This document shows positions 1 through 9,119 of a stretch of DNA of 64,000 bases, piece after piece. Below the pieces are notes generated by a model that saw only the letters and a program-made list of their open reading frames with translations, searched no databases and was not told the DNA's origin. A program made the translations under genes and the position numbers. How positions within the stretch are numbered: position 1 is the stretch's first letter; each line of letters opens with the position of its first letter. This DNA is from Candidatus Altiarchaeota archaeon. GTDB taxonomy: Archaea > Altiarchaeota > Altiarchaeia > IMC4 > SCGC-AAA252-I15. The stretch covers positions 32,001-96,000 of the forward strand of contig JAZDNF010000006.1 of the NCBI GenBank assembly GCA_043800255.1, in the 5' to 3' direction.

Positions 1-842
1 TGTTTCTGTCCTCTTTTCCTGACTATTCTTTTCAGTTTTTCTGGAATTTGAAGGTAGTTTTCAGATGTTATTACGCTTCTTCCGCTCTCGTACTCTAGTT
101 TTTTTCTTGCGTCGCCGGCTATGGTGCCCCCTCGTCTGGCCACTGTTTTGTTTTGGATAAATCCTCTTGCATCCCTTTTACGGGCTATCTCCGTCGTTGC
201 CGCCTCTCCGAGCATGGTGAATATCAGCTCCAGGTCGGTCATATGGTCCCGCAGGTTCTCGCGCTTTAGGCCCTTGTATTTCAGGTATTGACTGGGGGTC
301 ATGCCGAAGGTGGCGTCCGATATCTCAGCCGTCAATATGGCGAATTCTGTGTCTTGTTTAACTCCCCTCTTGTTCCATTCTCCGGTAAGTTCGTCTCTTA
401 CGGCGATACCTCTCACTCTTTTCTCAATCCAGTCCTCAGAGTAGCCTTTTGCTTGGTAAATCCCTCGCATCCGTCCCATAGCCAGTTCAGGATTCCCTAT
501 CTCCTGCACTCTCTCGTAGCCGACTTTCGCAAGCCATCTCTTGAAAGGTTCTGCTTTCTTGGAGGGGATAGATTGTATTATCCTGAACATAGACTCTGTG
601 TTGGCGCAGTCTGTTAGGTATTTTTTGCCGTCTGGTGCGGACAGTTTCAGTTGTACCCAAATTGGGGACAACTGAAGTTGTGCGAATTCCCTCTCTTTGA
701 CCTTCCCCCAATACTGGCGGGGTGTCGGGCTGTCAGTCAAAACCTGGACGACGTCCACGACCGAGAAATACCATTCCTTATCATGCCAGACCCTACGAAT
801 CTGTTTGCCCTGAAAAACGACCAACGAATTATCCTCATCCAT
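1..842 (-). CDS. Bro-N domain (phage antirepressor-like) protein, 3' end beyond window
   Basis: Not in ORF track because it runs off the window. My translation from ATG at 842: MDEDNSLVVFQGKQIRRVWHDKEWYFSVVDVVQVLTDS...IIQSIPSKKAEPFKRWLAKVGYER...ENLRDHMTDLELIFTMLGEAATTEI, typical Bro-N family motifs; no stop down to base 1. Confidence 0.85.
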   Translation of the reverse strand, partial: MDEDNSLVVFQGKQIRRVWHDKEWYFSVVDVVQVLTDSPTPRQYWGKVKEREFAQLQLSPIWVQLKLSAPDGKKYLTDCANTESMFRIIQSIPSKKAEPFKRWLAKVGYERVQEIGNPELAMGRMRGIYQAKGYSEDWIEKRVRGIAVRDELTGEWNKRGVKQDTEFAILTAEISDATFGMTPSQYLKYKGLKRENLRDHMTDLELIFTMLGEAATTEIARKRDARGFIQNKTVARRGGTIAGDARKKLEYESGRSVITSENYLQIPEKLKRIVRKRGQK

Positions 843-914
843 ACCAACCACAAACAACAATACATATTAACTCTAGAAAGCCCTTAAAAACACCGCGAGC
901 AACGGAAAAATAGA

Positions 915-1613
915 TCATGCTCCCACCTCTACGATTTTAGCCCCCGTAATCCTCGAAAGTTGGTTCGCAAGAGTTTTATTCTTCACGTAAATCATTGGTG
1001 GGTACAGTTCTTCTGAGGATACTCCATCTATTGAAGATGGCCTACAAACAAATAGTAATGTGTCAATGTCTGAATTTCTGAATAGAGTCTTTGAAACGAT
1101 ATCCTTGTTTGAGATAAAAGAATAAAACCTTTTTAGTGTGGCTATTATGCAATCATAAAAGATGACACCCCATAATTGGTTATCCGAATCTTTTCCCCTC
1201 CGTTTAGAGTTGATATGTTTGATGCACCTATTTATTTTAGAGAGGGCTTCTTTTTCGTTTTTTGGCAGGTTCAATGGTAACGACGAACTATGAACGTTCC
1301 TCTTAAGAGACGTATTGATTGAAGTAATCTCAACATCTACTCCTTTGTCTTTAATTTCATAATCCGGGACTTTATTAGACTTGTTCTCTTGAATCCGAGT
1401 TAAATCTCCTAATGGACTTAGTACCTTCTTAACATAGCGTTCGAGTTGCGGCGTAACCACATTTGTTCTGATAAAATCTTGATACGAGATAATACCATTG
1501 CTCGACACATTCTTACCATCCATACAGGGCCCATAGTATATTTTCATCAGGCCTTCAATATCCTGTGGAGGGTCATAACTCGCCTTATCCATGATTCTCC
1601 TCAACAATCCCAA
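915..1613 (-). CDS. hypothetical protein, possible PD-(D/E)XK restriction-endonuclease fold
   Basis: 232-aa AT-rich ORF co-oriented with the R-M cluster; KVPDYEI...VDVEITS resembles a PD...ExK-type active site. Fold assignment is weak. Confidence 0.45.
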   Translation of the reverse strand: MGLLRRIMDKASYDPPQDIEGLMKIYYGPCMDGKNVSSNGIISYQDFIRTNVVTPQLERYVKKVLSPLGDLTRIQENKSNKVPDYEIKDKGVDVEITSINTSLKRNVHSSSLPLNLPKNEKEALSKINRCIKHINSKRRGKDSDNQLWGVIFYDCIIATLKRFYSFISNKDIVSKTLFRNSDIDTLLFVCRPSSIDGVSSEELYPPMIYVKNKTLANQLSRITGAKIVEVGA

Positions 1614-1671
1614 TCTCTCCGTCTAACTTCTTTTCGTACCAATCAAGAGGAAATATGTGGAACATAATGTT

Positions 1672-2559
1672 TTATGTACTATCTGTTTGTTTTTGAGAAT
1701 TGATTTCATCGATCAACATTTTTTCGAATGAGAGGTGAAACTCTAATGTTCGGGAAAATGTTTTGTCCATCCAATCTAACGTTTTTACAGAAGTATACTC
1801 ATCACCTTTTCTCAGAAAAGGTTTATTCGGAATCCTATGACACCATGTTTTTTCAGCAGGATTGCCAGTAATTGAAAATATCGTTTCTGAATGAGAATGA
1901 AAAGACATTCGTTTTCTTCCATGAGCCACATAACGTCTAAGCTCATTTAGTTTGGGTGTACTGAGTATCTCGATTATGTCACCATACTCTTTTTGCGTCC
2001 GTGAATATTTTTGTAGTTCTTTTTCATAGTCCGTGACTGGCTTCTGAGGCGTAAAAATCCAGTTATAAGATTCTACCAGAAGGTACTCTTCGAAGGAGGG
2101 AGCTATCTGCGTTGTCCCTTTGTTTTTTAGTTGCTTAAATAGATTACCAAAACCAAATTCAGGGTCGTACTTCCTGCGGAGGGTTATCCTAAATAATTTT
2201 GCTAATGAATCTAAACTGCCGCGTAGGGATAAAATAAAAGCATCAAGTTCAAACTCCAGAAGAACGTGGAACTTGGATTTCTCAGTTATTTTTTCATCTG
2301 AAGAATATGCCATGGAGTAAACTGAATGCATCTTCTGAAAAAGAAAATAGTGAAAACATGCACTTTCAAGAGAATGTGAAAGGCCAGATATTAGTTCCTC
2401 GAATAGGTGTTTATCGTCTGCAAGGATGCTCTTCTCAAGTTCTTTATCTAAATGTTTACTTCTTTCGAAAAAATCACCGAATTTTCCATTAAAAAAAGAT
2501 AAAAACTCTTTCTCAGAAAAATCAAGATTCAATCCATTATCCTGTTCCATCTTCGACAA
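1672..2559 (-). CDS. putative HEPN-domain protein (Cthe_2314-like)
   Basis: Helical protein with ELDAFILSLRGSLDSLAK and LNELRRYVAHG (Rx4H HEPN motif); overlaps the R-M stop codon; alternative ATG at 2550. Confidence 0.6.
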   Translation of the reverse strand: MSKMEQDNGLNLDFSEKEFLSFFNGKFGDFFERSKHLDKELEKSILADDKHLFEELISGLSHSLESACFHYFLFQKMHSVYSMAYSSDEKITEKSKFHVLLEFELDAFILSLRGSLDSLAKLFRITLRRKYDPEFGFGNLFKQLKNKGTTQIAPSFEEYLLVESYNWIFTPQKPVTDYEKELQKYSRTQKEYGDIIEILSTPKLNELRRYVAHGRKRMSFHSHSETIFSITGNPAEKTWCHRIPNKPFLRKGDEYTSVKTLDWMDKTFSRTLEFHLSFEKMLIDEINSQKQTDST

Positions 2560-5506
2560 TTTTTATTTCGTCTTCCGTTAGGCCATATAGCTTATACACG
2601 AGCGAGTTTATCTCATTATCTGTGGCCTCAATCTGCCGCTCCAAAACAGACCTCTCCTGAGGAGTTTTAACACCAGCCAAATGATTATGCAAACCCAACA
2701 TACGAGAAACCAAAGAAACAACATCATCATGCTGTTTCTTCTCAAGAGGATTTGAAAAGTCTATTCGTCTTATTGAGATTTTTGATATGCTATTCCAGAA
2801 ATATTCGTATATCCCTCCACTTTTTAATTTTCCTATGCTCTTGAATCTGTATGTTAAAAGTTTTGAATTCAACAAACCTAGTAAGTATAGCAGATCTTCT
2901 GGTTGATTGTTTTCGAATAATACAGTCGTATCTGTTAAGCCTATAAATTCATTAGCATAATCTATTGCAAAACGATTATATTTTGCAAGATATGGGCACA
3001 TTATTTTTTTTCTGTCATAATGTTCTTTATGGAGGGGCCATGTATACTTCCACCATTCACAGTCCCCACGTTTGTATGCTGCTCGTGCTTTTAATTCACT
3101 TGAATTTTCAAGGAGATGTTTTTGAACAGCATTGGGAAGATTATCAAATTTAATAACATCTTCTAAATATAACAAATAGTCTCCTCGATCTTTAATGAAG
3201 AATCGTTGGATATCTGAGTTTGATGCCCGGTTATAATAGTTTCCCTTTTTTACACCCCAACTAATTATCTTATCTGACGTTATTTTTCCAAAAACATTAT
3301 TCCTACCCGTTTGCATACCTTGACCAATAATAAGGATTTGCCCTAATTTCTCTCCCTCGTTATCGATTTTCTCGTTCAATAATGCGTTGTCCTCTGAAAC
3401 GAAAGACCATGGCTCTGAAGTTAAGTTAGATTGTCCTATTCTTATCTTTTGAAAAATAGAAAAATTCTGAATTTGTCTACTTAAATTTGATGTTAGTAGT
3501 TCATCTCCTAACAATTTGTATACATCGATCTTTCCATTTTTCGAGCTTGATTGTAGGTTGATTATACAGGTTGTAATACCTACTCGGGGGAATATAGGGT
3601 AATTCTGAAAATCAATTATCTCAGAAATTCTTGAATTTTCAAGGATATAACCCCTCAATTTATCTGCTTTGTATGCTTCAAGGAATGCTCTTGAAACAAT
3701 AAAGCTGATATAATCTTGAGACAGCTGTAGTGCTTTTCCAATAAAGTAGAAAAGTATATCCGTTTTATCATTGTAGATTTCAGGATAACCCTTTTTTATG
3801 GCTTTCAATCTAGGGTCTTTTTTACCCCACGTATCATCAATGTTCAAATACGGCGGATTCCCTATCACTGCATCAAACTTGAAGGGGAATTCTTTTTTCC
3901 AGTTGAATGTGTTTATCCGGAGCGTTTCTTCTTCGGTGAATATTTTGGTCTGGCCTGTGTAGAAGTCGGGGCCGATGAGGCTGTTCCCGCATTTGATGTT
4001 ATTGTCCAGGTCGGGCAGTACGCGGCCTCCGAGGCGTTTCTGGGGTTCCCTGTGCTCGTCCTCCAAGACTTTCAAAAGTAGATTAAGCTTTGCGACCTCG
4101 ACGGCCTGCTCGTCAATATCAACACCGTATATGTTGTTCAAGAGTATCCGTTTCTTCTCGCCCAATGTCAGATACCATTGTCCGCCTTTGCCCTGATAGA
4201 CGGCATCCTTGTTTTTGCCGGGATCGTGACTTACGTACCAGTCCCTATGATAATCTAAAAGCTTCTGATACGCTCCAATCAAAAACGAACCTGAACCGCA
4301 CGCTGGGTCGAGAACTTTCAGTTTCTCAACCTGCTTGGGAGATTTGCCCTCAATAAGCCTTCCGACAGTATTTTGAACGATATAGTCTACGATGTATTTT
4401 GGCGTGTAATAGACGCCGCCGGCCTTCTTCACCTCTGGCTTTTCCTCGACTTTGGCGCGATGGCCTTCGGTAAGGCGTATTACTTTCCCTAGGAACTGCT
4501 CGTAGACGTTGCCGAGGATGTCAGCCCCGATGACTGAGAACTCATAAGGGCAATTCGGGTAATACAGGTTCTTGATCATGTCCCTGAAGACTTTATCATC
4601 AATCTTCAGGTTCGGGCAGACGTAATCCGGGAAAGACGTCCGTCCCTTTTCCTCTTTGAAATAGAATATCCCAGAATTGTATTTCTCATCAGCTTTTTCG
4701 AAAAGCCTCAGCAAATGGGTGTAAATGTCCTCCTTCTCCGATATCTCCTGAAGCTGTTCGTATGGTTCTATCCCCCGATCCTCGCATATTCTCAAGAATA
4801 TTATCCGGTCTATGGTCTTCTGGACTGCATAATTTATCTCACGAACAGAGTATTTTGGATTCCTCAATGCGATGTTCTTTGCCAGCTCATCCCTCCACCT
4901 CTCAATCTCCTTCAGGAATTCGTCATCCACCTCGGATGTGCCTTTTTTGCCCTTGACAGATTCAGCATACTGGTCGAACAAGCCGTGCTCTATCGAAGTC
5001 TTGGCGAAAATATTTGCTATCTCATCCCAACGGGTCGCATACTCGTCATAGCGTACGTACAATATCCTCCCAACACTGGCAGAGTCGTTTGGCAAGGGTT
5101 TCTTACGGCAATCATATACTGCAAACTCTTCGAAATCGGTTAGAACAGCGAGAGGCAGTTTCGCGCTCCAGGAATATCTCCGAATCTGATATGCCGGGCT
5201 GACATCGCCCTTGATGTTCACAGAAGGCTTTTTAGTCTCGAGGAAAAATTTTCGTGTCCCGCCGATACGGAAAGAATAATCCGGAGCCTTGATGTTCTGA
5301 CCTATTCTAATCGCATCCTCGTGGATCACATCCTTGTAGGCTTCAGCGATTCCCTTAACATTACGAACATCCCAACCCAATTCCTCAAAAAAGGGATTGA
5401 TGAATTCCTCCCTCAATTGAGTTTCATTATAAGCAGCGCTCAAATATGATTTCTTGTTCCACTCAAATCTCTCAACCAACTCAACAATCTTCTCCGGCGC
5501 AGCCAT
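2537..5506 (-). CDS. Type IIG restriction-modification enzyme (fused REase + N6-adenine MTase + TRD, Eco57I/TaqI-like)
   Basis: N-terminal APDYSF...FFLETKKP nuclease motif, GVYYTP, VLDPACGSGSFL (motif I), GNPPY (motif IV), C-terminal TRD and conserved IEATDNEINSLVYKLYGLT tail. Confidence 0.92.
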   Translation of the reverse strand: MAAPEKIVELVERFEWNKKSYLSAAYNETQLREEFINPFFEELGWDVRNVKGIAEAYKDVIHEDAIRIGQNIKAPDYSFRIGGTRKFFLETKKPSVNIKGDVSPAYQIRRYSWSAKLPLAVLTDFEEFAVYDCRKKPLPNDSASVGRILYVRYDEYATRWDEIANIFAKTSIEHGLFDQYAESVKGKKGTSEVDDEFLKEIERWRDELAKNIALRNPKYSVREINYAVQKTIDRIIFLRICEDRGIEPYEQLQEISEKEDIYTHLLRLFEKADEKYNSGIFYFKEEKGRTSFPDYVCPNLKIDDKVFRDMIKNLYYPNCPYEFSVIGADILGNVYEQFLGKVIRLTEGHRAKVEEKPEVKKAGGVYYTPKYIVDYIVQNTVGRLIEGKSPKQVEKLKVLDPACGSGSFLIGAYQKLLDYHRDWYVSHDPGKNKDAVYQGKGGQWYLTLGEKKRILLNNIYGVDIDEQAVEVAKLNLLLKVLEDEHREPQKRLGGRVLPDLDNNIKCGNSLIGPDFYTGQTKIFTEEETLRINTFNWKKEFPFKFDAVIGNPPYLNIDDTWGKKDPRLKAIKKGYPEIYNDKTDILFYFIGKALQLSQDYISFIVSRAFLEAYKADKLRGYILENSRISEIIDFQNYPIFPRVGITTCIINLQSSSKNGKIDVYKLLGDELLTSNLSRQIQNFSIFQKIRIGQSNLTSEPWSFVSEDNALLNEKIDNEGEKLGQILIIGQGMQTGRNNVFGKITSDKIISWGVKKGNYYNRASNSDIQRFFIKDRGDYLLYLEDVIKFDNLPNAVQKHLLENSSELKARAAYKRGDCEWWKYTWPLHKEHYDRKKIMCPYLAKYNRFAIDYANEFIGLTDTTVLFENNQPEDLLYLLGLLNSKLLTYRFKSIGKLKSGGIYEYFWNSISKISIRRIDFSNPLEKKQHDDVVSLVSRMLGLHNHLAGVKTPQERSVLERQIEATDNEINSLVYKLYGLTEDEIKIVEDGTG

Positions 5507-5581
5507 CTCTACAAGTTATTATCGAATAACAAGATTAAATCGTTAATAGTCCTGATTTTCCAATCTACTCCGTTTCCTATT

Positions 5582-6799
5582 TTATTCGTCGTCTTTGATT
5601 TTGCTGAGGGTTAAGCGTGTGGTTTCTTCGGGGGTGGCGTATTTTCTGAGGATTTCCTCCAGTTCCTGGGGGAATTCGTGCTTTTCAAGTTTTCCGGCCA
5701 GTCCCATTATGTTTAGGGTGCTTACGTCATCCCAGAAGCCGTCTTTTTTCAGTATCTCCTCTAGTTTCTGCCTTTCCTTTGTGTTCGCGGCGGGAAATTT
5801 GAGAGCCTCTTTCACTGCAACGCGCACCCGCTTATCGGAGCCGTAGATGTACTCTACCCCCTCCTTTTTAGCGTATGCTACTAAGGCTTCAGCAAGCTGA
5901 GCATACTCCTCCTCAAACCAGGCCTTGAACTCCTGCTCCCTGACCTTCAGTTCGGCGTACTTGTTGGCTAAGACGACCCCCTCCTCAGCCATGTATTTGT
6001 TTAACGGCAGCTGCCGGGTTTTAACTTGATGTTTCTTGATTTTGCAATACTCTTGGAAGGCACACCAGGCACATAGACCGGATTCTATGGCGGGGAAATT
6101 GTCGTCGGTGGTCGCCTGTTCTATGCTTTGTATGATACCTAAAAATTCTGTTTTAAGGTCTTCCAGGTGCTGGCTCGTCCGTTTGGATCTGAGTTCCTTG
6201 TCGAATACTAGGTAATGCCATACTAAGTCAACTTCCTCTACATCGTCCCACATCTGGCGAATGCCTATCTCGTAGAGGGCTAGTTGTTGATCCCTGTTCT
6301 TCTTATCCTGGGTTGGAAGATGTTGGCTTGTCTTGTAATCGTGTATTTCATAAATTCCATCACCGACAGTATCCAGGCGGTCTATGTAGCCGATAAAATT
6401 ATACTGGTTATCGCCTAGCAGGTCTACGGTAACCATCATCTCAGTTTCGAGGGTCTTCCCTTTCTCAAAGGGTTTATAGCGGTTATAGTAGTCCACCAGA
6501 CACTTTTCGCCGACAATCCGGTAATGCTCTTGTGTCAAACCCTCCTTGTTGACGACGACGTCAGGGTTTATGTATCTCACCCAGGAGTCGTTATAACCTC
6601 CTAAAAGTTCGTCAACAGAAGCGATTTTCCCGTGATTGCGATCTATATAGAACTTCTCCAAAGCCTCATGAACCCGCTTGCCCATGAAAGCCTCAATACC
6701 CTCAAAAGCCTCGACGTCCAGCTTATCGATATACTGAAACTTAAATGCCAGAGGACAATTCTCGAAACATTGTAGACGAGAATACGAGTACCTCATCAT
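5582..6799 (-). CDS. RecB/Cas4-like PD-(D/E)XK nuclease with Fe-S cysteines (no adjacent CRISPR)
   Basis: YSYSRLQCFENCP, GYIDRLD, IHDYKT, QLALY and CAWCAFQEYC motifs; extra ~150-aa helical C-terminal region. Confidence 0.85.
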   Translation of the reverse strand: MMRYSYSRLQCFENCPLAFKFQYIDKLDVEAFEGIEAFMGKRVHEALEKFYIDRNHGKIASVDELLGGYNDSWVRYINPDVVVNKEGLTQEHYRIVGEKCLVDYYNRYKPFEKGKTLETEMMVTVDLLGDNQYNFIGYIDRLDTVGDGIYEIHDYKTSQHLPTQDKKNRDQQLALYEIGIRQMWDDVEEVDLVWHYLVFDKELRSKRTSQHLEDLKTEFLGIIQSIEQATTDDNFPAIESGLCAWCAFQEYCKIKKHQVKTRQLPLNKYMAEEGVVLANKYAELKVREQEFKAWFEEEYAQLAEALVAYAKKEGVEYIYGSDKRVRVAVKEALKFPAANTKERQKLEEILKKDGFWDDVSTLNIMGLAGKLEKHEFPQELEEILRKYATPEETTRLTLSKIKDDE

Positions 6800-6853
6800 A
6801 TAGAATAGTGGATTATTTAGTTAAAGGTGGGGGGAGCATTGGAAAAATAGTCT

Positions 6854-6959
6854 AACCAATACAAGCCCCTATGTTTAGATTAGTTGATGCATTGTGAACA
6901 GGTGATGCATAGTGTATCAACTAAGCCCTAGTTAGGATATCAATCAGGTGATATTGGTT
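6854..6959. other. nested inverted repeats (potential structured element)
   Basis: Inner stem 6880-6924 (ttagttgatgcattgtg / catagtgtatcaactaa, 17 bp with three G-U pairs on + strand); outer 8-bp stem aaccaata (6854-6861) / tattggtt (6952-6959). Confidence 0.5.
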
Positions 6960-6971
6960 CCTGTCTTAGGG

Positions 6972-6995
6972 AGTGATAAGAATCAGCTACTTCAC
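6972..6995 (+). repeat. direct repeat, copy 1 (22/24 identical to 9663-9686)
   Basis: agtgataagaatcagctacttcac vs agtgatgagaatcagctactccac; a second shared block ta(a/g)ccaatacaag lies upstream of each copy (6853, 9600). Confidence 0.7.
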
Positions 6996-7069
6996 AGGCG
7001 CTTGGAATGGGAGAAGTGGGCTTGGGAGCGTGATGGTGTGCCTGCTCGCGTACCCGTCCAATGAATCAT

Positions 7070-8176
7070 CTATTTGTTTTCAGCTACTTTTATCCAGCGG
7101 TCCAGGTAGTCAATTTTTATGACTTGTTGAAGTTTTTTGTTTTTGACCAGCACTTGTTTTAAATCTCCGATCAGGTCTGCTTTTTTATTGTATTCCTTAA
7201 CCTCTTTTGAGCGTGCGGCAAGGTAATGGTTTATCTGGGCTTCTCTTTCGTCTTGATTATTGCAGTATCCGCAGTCGCATTTCATAAGCTCTGGTGCATT
7301 CTTTTTTATGTAGTCAAGTTCTGAGCCTGAAAACCTATTCTTCAATCCTGGGACGTAGAAGCGCGAGTATTGTCTCTGGCCGAAGCCGGGAGATGCGCGT
7401 CTTAGTCTGTCTCCTGAGTCTGCACCGTGAACAATGGCGTGTATGTTGACGTTTGGTAATAAGAGGTCGAAGAAACTGCTATATGTTGAGATTATCGGCT
7501 TACCTGTCTGGGATAACCCGTTTAGTATGTCTTTGTATCCGCTTAGGTATTCCGTTGATGCGGAGTAGACATCGAATTCTATTGCGGAAAAGCAGAAGCC
7601 GTCGGCGTCTGATTTGGCGTAGGCATTGCATATTTGGGCTGCTGCTCTTTTATTGATGAGTAAGTCTATGGTCAAAGCCAAGCCAGCATATACTTTTTTC
7701 TTAGGATATAGTTCTTTTGCGTCTTTTATGAAATTGAGGTTATGCTGTTGTGCTGGGCAGTTTTCTTCGTCTATGAATCCATAAGGTGCTATGAGAAATT
7801 CCGGGTCCACTGTTTTAGTTACCTCATCTAGGGGGTCTTCGGATAGTGCCTCGTTAATCCTGTTCTCCTGGAAGGTAAGGAATTTTCTAACAAAATCTTT
7901 TCGTCGTTTCTTATCTGATGGTATCTGCCGTATTTCATCCTCCACATCCAGCTTTGACACGTACCTAGCATGTGACCTCTTGTCCGAAACAAGATCGTAT
8001 AAGTGGGGGTCTACGACGAAAGACTTGCCGGTTTTTAGAAGAATCTGGGAGAAAGCATTGTTGTAATACTCCAGGTTTGGGCTGTCAATTACGTAGCCGT
8101 CAAAGTGATCCTTTACTTTTTCTGTGAACTTTCCTTCTTGAGCATTGTATCTGACGTAAAACTTCATTTTTGCCAC
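7070..8176 (-). CDS. TIM-barrel protein with C-terminal CxCxxC...H Zn site (tRNA-guanine transglycosylase-like / beta-sce7725-like fold)
   Basis: FVVDPHLY, FLTFQ, FLIAPY, DGFCF, FYVPGL, CDCGYC...INHYL; the CxCxxC plus His pattern matches the TGT zinc site. Start GTG 8176 or ATG 8167. Confidence 0.55.
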   Translation of the reverse strand: MAKMKFYVRYNAQEGKFTEKVKDHFDGYVIDSPNLEYYNNAFSQILLKTGKSFVVDPHLYDLVSDKRSHARYVSKLDVEDEIRQIPSDKKRRKDFVRKFLTFQENRINEALSEDPLDEVTKTVDPEFLIAPYGFIDEENCPAQQHNLNFIKDAKELYPKKKVYAGLALTIDLLINKRAAAQICNAYAKSDADGFCFSAIEFDVYSASTEYLSGYKDILNGLSQTGKPIISTYSSFFDLLLPNVNIHAIVHGADSGDRLRRASPGFGQRQYSRFYVPGLKNRFSGSELDYIKKNAPELMKCDCGYCNNQDEREAQINHYLAARSKEVKEYNKKADLIGDLKQVLVKNKKLQQVIKIDYLDRWIKVAENK

Positions 8177-8540
8177 GCTTCAAGGGTGACGATAGCCTTG
8201 ACTTGCTAATTACTTTACATTCGCCTTTTTTTATACTCAATATTCCGACTCCAAGCTCCCTGAAGGTGCCTACGTCGAGTCTGGCAGCCAGATTATGGGG
8301 TATTGCAACGTAATTGTAATGGCAGTATGATGTGTTCAAAGCTGCCTGCCTAAGTGCCCTACGCCAGTCTGAGACCTTAACTTCAACGGAGGTTAAACGC
8401 CCCGTAGACTTCCGTTTGAAGACCAGATCCATGCTTTTCCGGTAGCTTTTCTCCGGATGGGTTCTGACCTCCTCAAATGGCTCAAAACCGTCATCGAATG
8501 TGTCCAGAATAGGACCATAGAGGGAAAGCTCAGAGGCCAT
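8100..8540 (-). CDS. small PD-(D/E)XK nuclease (MmcB/sce7726-like)
   Basis: EEV...MDLVF...SVEVKVSDWRRALRQA...YNYVAIP...GVGIL; 3' end overlaps the start of the TGT-like gene. Confidence 0.65.
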   Translation of the reverse strand: MASELSLYGPILDTFDDGFEPFEEVRTHPEKSYRKSMDLVFKRKSTGRLTSVEVKVSDWRRALRQAALNTSYCHYNYVAIPHNLAARLDVGTFRELGVGILSIKKGECKVISKSRLSSPLKRGKNEVLRQIQCSRRKVHRKSKGSL

Positions 8541-8573
8541 TATCTTTAATTAATTGAGCCCCTAATTATTAAT

Positions 8574-9119
8574 ATGACCGTACAGAAGAATTTGAAGCCA
8601 ATCTTACTATTGTTCCTGCTCTCGAAGCTGAGCGAAAAGGGTGAGCGTAAGGTAGATAATCTGCGTTCCATGAAGCTCCTATTTCTGATACAAAAAGAGG
8701 GTGAAAAGCAGGTAGAAAAAGGATTCAACTTCGTACCATACAAATACGGCCCATATAGTGAAGACTACTTCGATACCTCAATATACCTGTCAGAGAAAGG
8801 TTTAATCGACGTGGAGACCGATGTTTCAGGAGACATCAAAGCAGTTAAAATCAAACCCGAGGGGAGTGAAAAAGTCGCAACCCTTCAAACGGCATATTCA
8901 GACATAGCATCGAGCGTCTCAAAGATAGTATCCGAATACGCAAACCTAAGCACCGACCTTCTGCTATTGTACATCTACTCGAAATATGCGGACTTCACCA
9001 TACGTTCCGAGATAAAGGACAAGATACTATCCATAGCAAAGGCCAACTTTAGCATATTACAGTCTAAGGCAAAACAATTCAACTTTTCCGAAGGAGAACT
9101 CAATTTAGTGGGGATTTAA
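8574..9119 (+). CDS. Panacea/SocA (DUF4065)-like winged-helix putative antitoxin
   Basis: MKLLFLIQKE...FNFVPYKYGPYS (GP motif); stop directly abuts the PIN gene start. Confidence 0.6.
   Translation: MTVQKNLKPILLLFLLSKLSEKGERKVDNLRSMKLLFLIQKEGEKQVEKGFNFVPYKYGPYSEDYFDTSIYLSEKGLIDVETDVSGDIKAVKIKPEGSEKVATLQTAYSDIASSVSKIVSEYANLSTDLLLLYIYSKYADFTIRSEIKDKILSIAKANFSILQSKAKQFNFSEGELNLVGI

Noticed and set aside
288-913. Short ORFs listed by the track (288-617, 487-711, 651-887, 722-913)
   Set aside because: They overlap the Bro-N gene on the minus strand (842 to <1), which has clear family motifs.
6850-6937. Integron attC-like site (minus strand TCCTAAC...GTTAGAC around a hairpin)
   Set aside because: The L'-R' spacing is about 23 nt rather than 5-6, there is no proper extrahelical base, gene orientations are mixed, and no integrase is in the window.
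5582-7070. CRISPR-Cas locus suggested by the Cas4-like gene
   Set aside because: No repeat-spacer array and no cas1/cas2 or effector genes seen anywhere in the window.
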